From Callorhinchus milii (lineage: Eukaryota), in assembly GCF_018977255.1 (NCBI RefSeq), contig NW_024704745.1:9672001-9736000 (forward strand): a stretch of DNA of 64,000 nt, given 5' to 3'. Within the stretch, counting starts at the first letter, position 1. Every line of letters starts with the position of its first letter. Shown here piece after piece: positions 60,057-64,000 of this stretch. The notes beneath the pieces are model-generated. The model was given only the letters and a program-made list of their open reading frames with translations. It was not told the origin of the DNA and made no database searches. Both the position numbers and the translations under genes were made by a program.

Positions 60057-60390
60057 GTGGCGTCCTGTAGCTCAGTGGTCAGAGCACTCGCCTTGCAAGC
60101 GAGACACCCGGTTTCGATTCCCGGCGGGGCGAAACCTTGGGCAAGTTTCCTTACTCCACACGCCTGAAAATAATCCCTCCAAAAAACAAAAACAGTAATA
60201 AATCGGTCATTTTTCAACCCACGACTGTTGGTGGGACGCCGCTGGGGGCGATTGGCTGCCGCGTTTCGCCGGCAAGTAGACGAGTCAATTCACTTCACAG
60301 TGCGTTCTGTGAAGCGCTTTGGGACGTCCTCCCGACGTGAACAGCGCTATATCAAATGCGAGGACTGTTATTATCATTATTATTATTCTG
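60057..60390 (+). mobile_element. Full-length DeuSINE, GC-shifted, with extra tail fragments at 59950-60050 and 60390-60480
   Basis: Head, core and tail recognisable. Confidence 0.88.
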
Positions 60391-60499
60391 TGAGACGTCG
60401 CTTTGAGACGTCGAGAAGACGTGAAAAGCGCGATATCAAAATGCAAGGACTGTTATTACTGTTCTCATTATTATTATTATTATTTACGACGAGGATTAT

Positions 60500-60697
60500 T
60501 ACGACCGTCGGGCGAAGCTGACACCCGCCTGACCAACGTGTCTCGGTGTTGACAGCCTTCCCCCTCCCACCCCCCCTCCTCTGGGCGTTTCCATGGAGTC
60601 ACACGTAGCGTCCGGGCGGGGGCGGAAGTGACGCCACGCCCCCTTCCCCTCCCCCCCCGGTCCCAGCATGCTCTTGGCGATTTTAAGTTGATCGAAA
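60500..60697 (+). promoter_or_regulatory. PCNP CpG-island promoter
   Basis: GC boxes GGGCGG; ETS-CRE composite CGGAAGTGACG ~60623; ZNF143/Staf-like TCCCAGCATGCTCTTGG 60661-60677; YY1-type AAAATGGCGG over the start codon. Confidence 0.8.
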
Positions 60698-60743
60698 ATG
60701 GCGGAGGAGCCGCGCTCAGAGACAGAGAAGCTGCGAGATGAAG
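60698..60743 (+). CDS. PCNP: PCNP exon 1
   Basis: MAEEPRSETEKLRDE plus G, donor gtgccg (alternative phase-1 donor after 60749); joins exon 2 in frame. Confidence 0.75.
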
Positions 60744-61239
60744 GTGCCGGTTCCTAATGTGTTTTTAAACTCTGCCTCTCGCCCCCCAGGAAATCTAAAA
60801 TTGCACAAGCGCCACGTGGGGGGGTAGGGAAGGGGAGAGGAAATGAAAGGCCCCGATTGGCAGAGGAGGAGGAGGAGAGGATGCGGCCTCCCGTCGGACG
60901 GACGGAGGGAGGGAGGGAGGGAAGGAAGGAAGGAAGGCCCCGGCCGTCTCCAGAAGCCGTGGCTGTTATTAGTCCAGGGACTGACTGGGGGAGAGCGCGC
61001 CGGGGTGGGGGGGTGGGAGGGGGACAGAGCAAGAAAGAGAGGGCGGGCGGGCGGGCGGGCCCTGCTGCATGCTCCGGTAACGCACTCTGCACAAGGGCTC
61101 AGGCTTGCATCGTGGCTCCTGGATGAGTATAAATTACTGCGTTTATATATTTATATATATGTATGTGTGCGTGTGTGTGTGTGTATATATATAGATATAT
61201 ATAGATATATAAAAATGTGTTTTCATATCCAATAAGAAA

Positions 61240-61612
61240 AAAATCCTTGCGTTTGATATGGCGCCTGATCAGGTCTCTCTCTCTCTCTCTCTCTCTCGAG
61301 ATGTTTCAAGAGGGCTTCGCAGAACGGACCGTCAAGTGAATTGACTTATATTTTGTGGGTGAAACGCGTGTGCACACACACACGCACACGCGAGCGAGCG
61401 CGCGCGCACACCGAGCTTCGTTAATTCCTTCAAAGGACAATAATCAATTGGTCTCTTCAATCCATGACGGGACACTGCTGTGCACAATTGGCTGCCGCAT
61501 TTCGCCCACAAACTATAGTCGATTCACTTTGCGGTGTATTCTGTGAAGTGCTTTGAGACGTTTTGAAGACATTATAAGGCATTATATCAAATGCAAGGAT
61601 TATTATTATTAA
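61240..61612. mobile_element. SINE fragments (- then +) with (CT)n and (CA)n/(CG)n microsatellites
   Basis: Tail and core motifs. Confidence 0.7.
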
Positions 61613-63842
61613 TACCCTTAAAACTACGTAATAATGCTAAAATGCGGGCGATTGCTTTTTTAAAAAAAAAGAAACCTATGGAAGAACATTTACTAAAACT
61701 AGAAGCTGGTCCGGGCTTTTAAAAATAACATTTTGTTGAAAATGAGCAACTTCTTTTTTAGAAATTTTTTTTTAGGTTGATGTGAAATGTGGGAGCTGTT
61801 TGCTGCACTTCTTCAATCACCTGGTTTGCAAAGGAAGCATTGGACAGTTAACAACCCAGATAACATTATGAACGTGTGGAATTCAATTCTTCTTTGGATC
61901 CATTGTTTGAAAATTAGCATGCTCGCCTTTTTAACTACCAATTAACGTTTCTGTTTCAATAATCAAGGTTCTGGAATTGATTTAATTATTTTTATTAATG
62001 ATGGAATTTTTTTGCTTGTCATTATTTTACTTGAATGGTATCCAAATAGATTGCACAGTAAATAACCCCTTGTCAGAAATGTTTAAAACCCCTATCAGGA
62101 ATTGGAAGTGTGTTGAATAATCTGAAATAATTTGTAATTTAATTTAATGTGTTCATTGTTCCTTTTGTAGGAGTGCTAAAATTGTTTTTGTGCTTTATCC
62201 AATGTACAGTAATTGATTGAAAATCGTGTGTATGTAAGCAAAGCTGGATACATCCAGTGATTCAGGTTTTTGGAACCTAGAGAAAATAATAGAACCAATA
62301 CTGTGCTGTTTTTGGTGGATCAATATCCCTGCAGATGGAATGTGTTGCCCTTAGCATGGCATTCACTTTAACTGCCTGGTAGAGAACTTGTGCGGCCTGA
62401 TCTCATAGTTTCATTCAAGTTTCAGAAAGCAGCAGTAACACATGACCATCAGCTTGAGAGTCTTGCTGACTCACTAGGTGTAAATCTTAGACTTCCAGAT
62501 GTTAGCCTTATTGCCAGATGTGTTTTTTAAGATGCACAAACACATTGTTTAAATGTACTGTACTTTGAGAAATTACGATTTAGTATGTTTCAAGATGGAT
62601 CGCCTTGTTTGGATACAAAATTTGCTCTATATGTTTTCTGTTGTCCTCAGCATTCTGGTAATTTCTTGAAGTTATAAACTTTCTATAATTTTAGTGTTGT
62701 ATTAGTATATTCTTCCTAAGAGGAACTGTATCAAATGGTAAGGTAAATGTCTAGGTTCTCTTATATAAAAAAAAGTTACATCACCTTATAATTTTGCTAT
62801 GATCATTATCCTTGCTGACATGACAGTGCAGAAATCCTACATTGTCCTATCTATATTTGCAGGCACTGCTGCTCTCTCAAATTATTGGCTAGCTAAATAT
62901 AAGAGGTTGATGAGGAGATTGCATGCTGCTTCATTGGTTGAATCCTTGTCTGAAATGAACAGTCAAATCATTGATGTTGAAAATGGACATTAGGTTGGTG
63001 ATTATCATTTAAGTTAAAAGTATTTGATCTTGTCCAAAATATGTAGGAATTGGATTATTAAAATTTGACAAGCTTACTGTTTTTACTGAAAGTAATCATG
63101 TTTTTACTAATTTAAATTATAATAAATCTAAATTTACAAAATATTTAATTGTTCAGCTTGTAAAAATTGCCATTGTTTGCCATTTCTGGCTTCAAAAAAA
63201 GTATGCAATAACATTGCAGACTGATTATAATTGCTTTGAGAAAAAAAGTTTTTTTAAATTAATTCTGAGACTGCGGCTAGGAATCAAGTATTATGGATTA
63301 TTTGGACCTTATTTGTAGTAAGGGATGAGTAATAAAAGAAGACATTTTAGAAATTATATTTGCTCAAACTATAGTTTTGAAAATAGTTTAACCAGACCAA
63401 GCCTATTAGCAATCACCAATGTAAGTCAACATAGTGCCCAACTTGTTGTTAGTTTTGTTCACCAATTGTTTTTGGATAGGGTACCAAAAATAAAAACTTA
63501 TAATATAGTTTGTATTATGACACTGGAAGTCTTGATGTACTTGATGAAGGCTGGGTTAGTGTGGAACATTGGTCTACCAAAATCTGTACTGTTTATCTGG
63601 GATTCAAGTTCCAGCAGCACTGGATTGATCCTACTGAGACTGAAATGTAAAGAGCCCAACCAACTGTGAAGTATTTTCTCAGTGCCTGAATCTACTGTAT
63701 CTGACAAACAGTGGAAGAGACTACTGGTTCAGTCAGTGCACACCTACAGAGGCTCCCATCCTAATACTTAATGAGGTTGCTGCACCCGTCAAAGTGCTCG
63801 ATAAAAGTATCTCATCTTGGTAAGTTGTTTCGACTCCACCAG

Positions 63843-64000
63843 GACCACAAGAGAAAGAAGAGAAAACTGTGAAAACTAAGACTGTTTCTTCCAGTAACGA
63901 AGGAGAAAGTTCGAGTCGAAGTGCTGAAAAAAGAACAGCTGATGAGAAAAATCTTGATGACTCAGTTGCTGGGGATGCTAACAACAAGCCCACCCCTCCA
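63843..64000 (+). CDS. PCNP: PCNP exon 2 (runs off window end)
   Basis: caccag|(G)[30 protein letters not shown] matches the PCNP signature [22 protein letters not shown]. Confidence 0.93.

Noticed and set aside
60754-61235. ORFs in PCNP intron 1
   Set aside because: GC-rich simple repeats (GGAG/GGAA) producing spurious open frames.

Overview
This is vertebrate genomic DNA: AT-rich, intron-rich and dense in SINEs and LINEs. The repeat content (tRNA-headed DeuSINEs, L2, CR1) suggests a cartilaginous fish, probably a chimaera; that is inference. The window holds the conserved IMPG2-SENP7-FAM172B-TRMT10C-PCNP block. It contains the first two exons of IMPG2 (-), a complete 22-coding-exon SENP7 (-, about 1045 aa with all splice phases consistent), an intronless FAM172B/ARB2B (+), single-coding-exon TRMT10C (+) and exons 1-2 of PCNP (+). 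FAM172B needs one -1 shift at about 51192 to read through. Other points of note are a duplicated intronic element with CRX-type sites in IMPG2, SINE copies shifted toward GC beside both CpG-island promoters, two decayed DIRS-like relics, a SINE-CR1-SINE chimera and a shared SINE/L2 3' tail. I found no CRISPR array, rRNA or genuine tRNA gene, and no clearly new biological system. Family assignments come from recalled motifs, not database searches.
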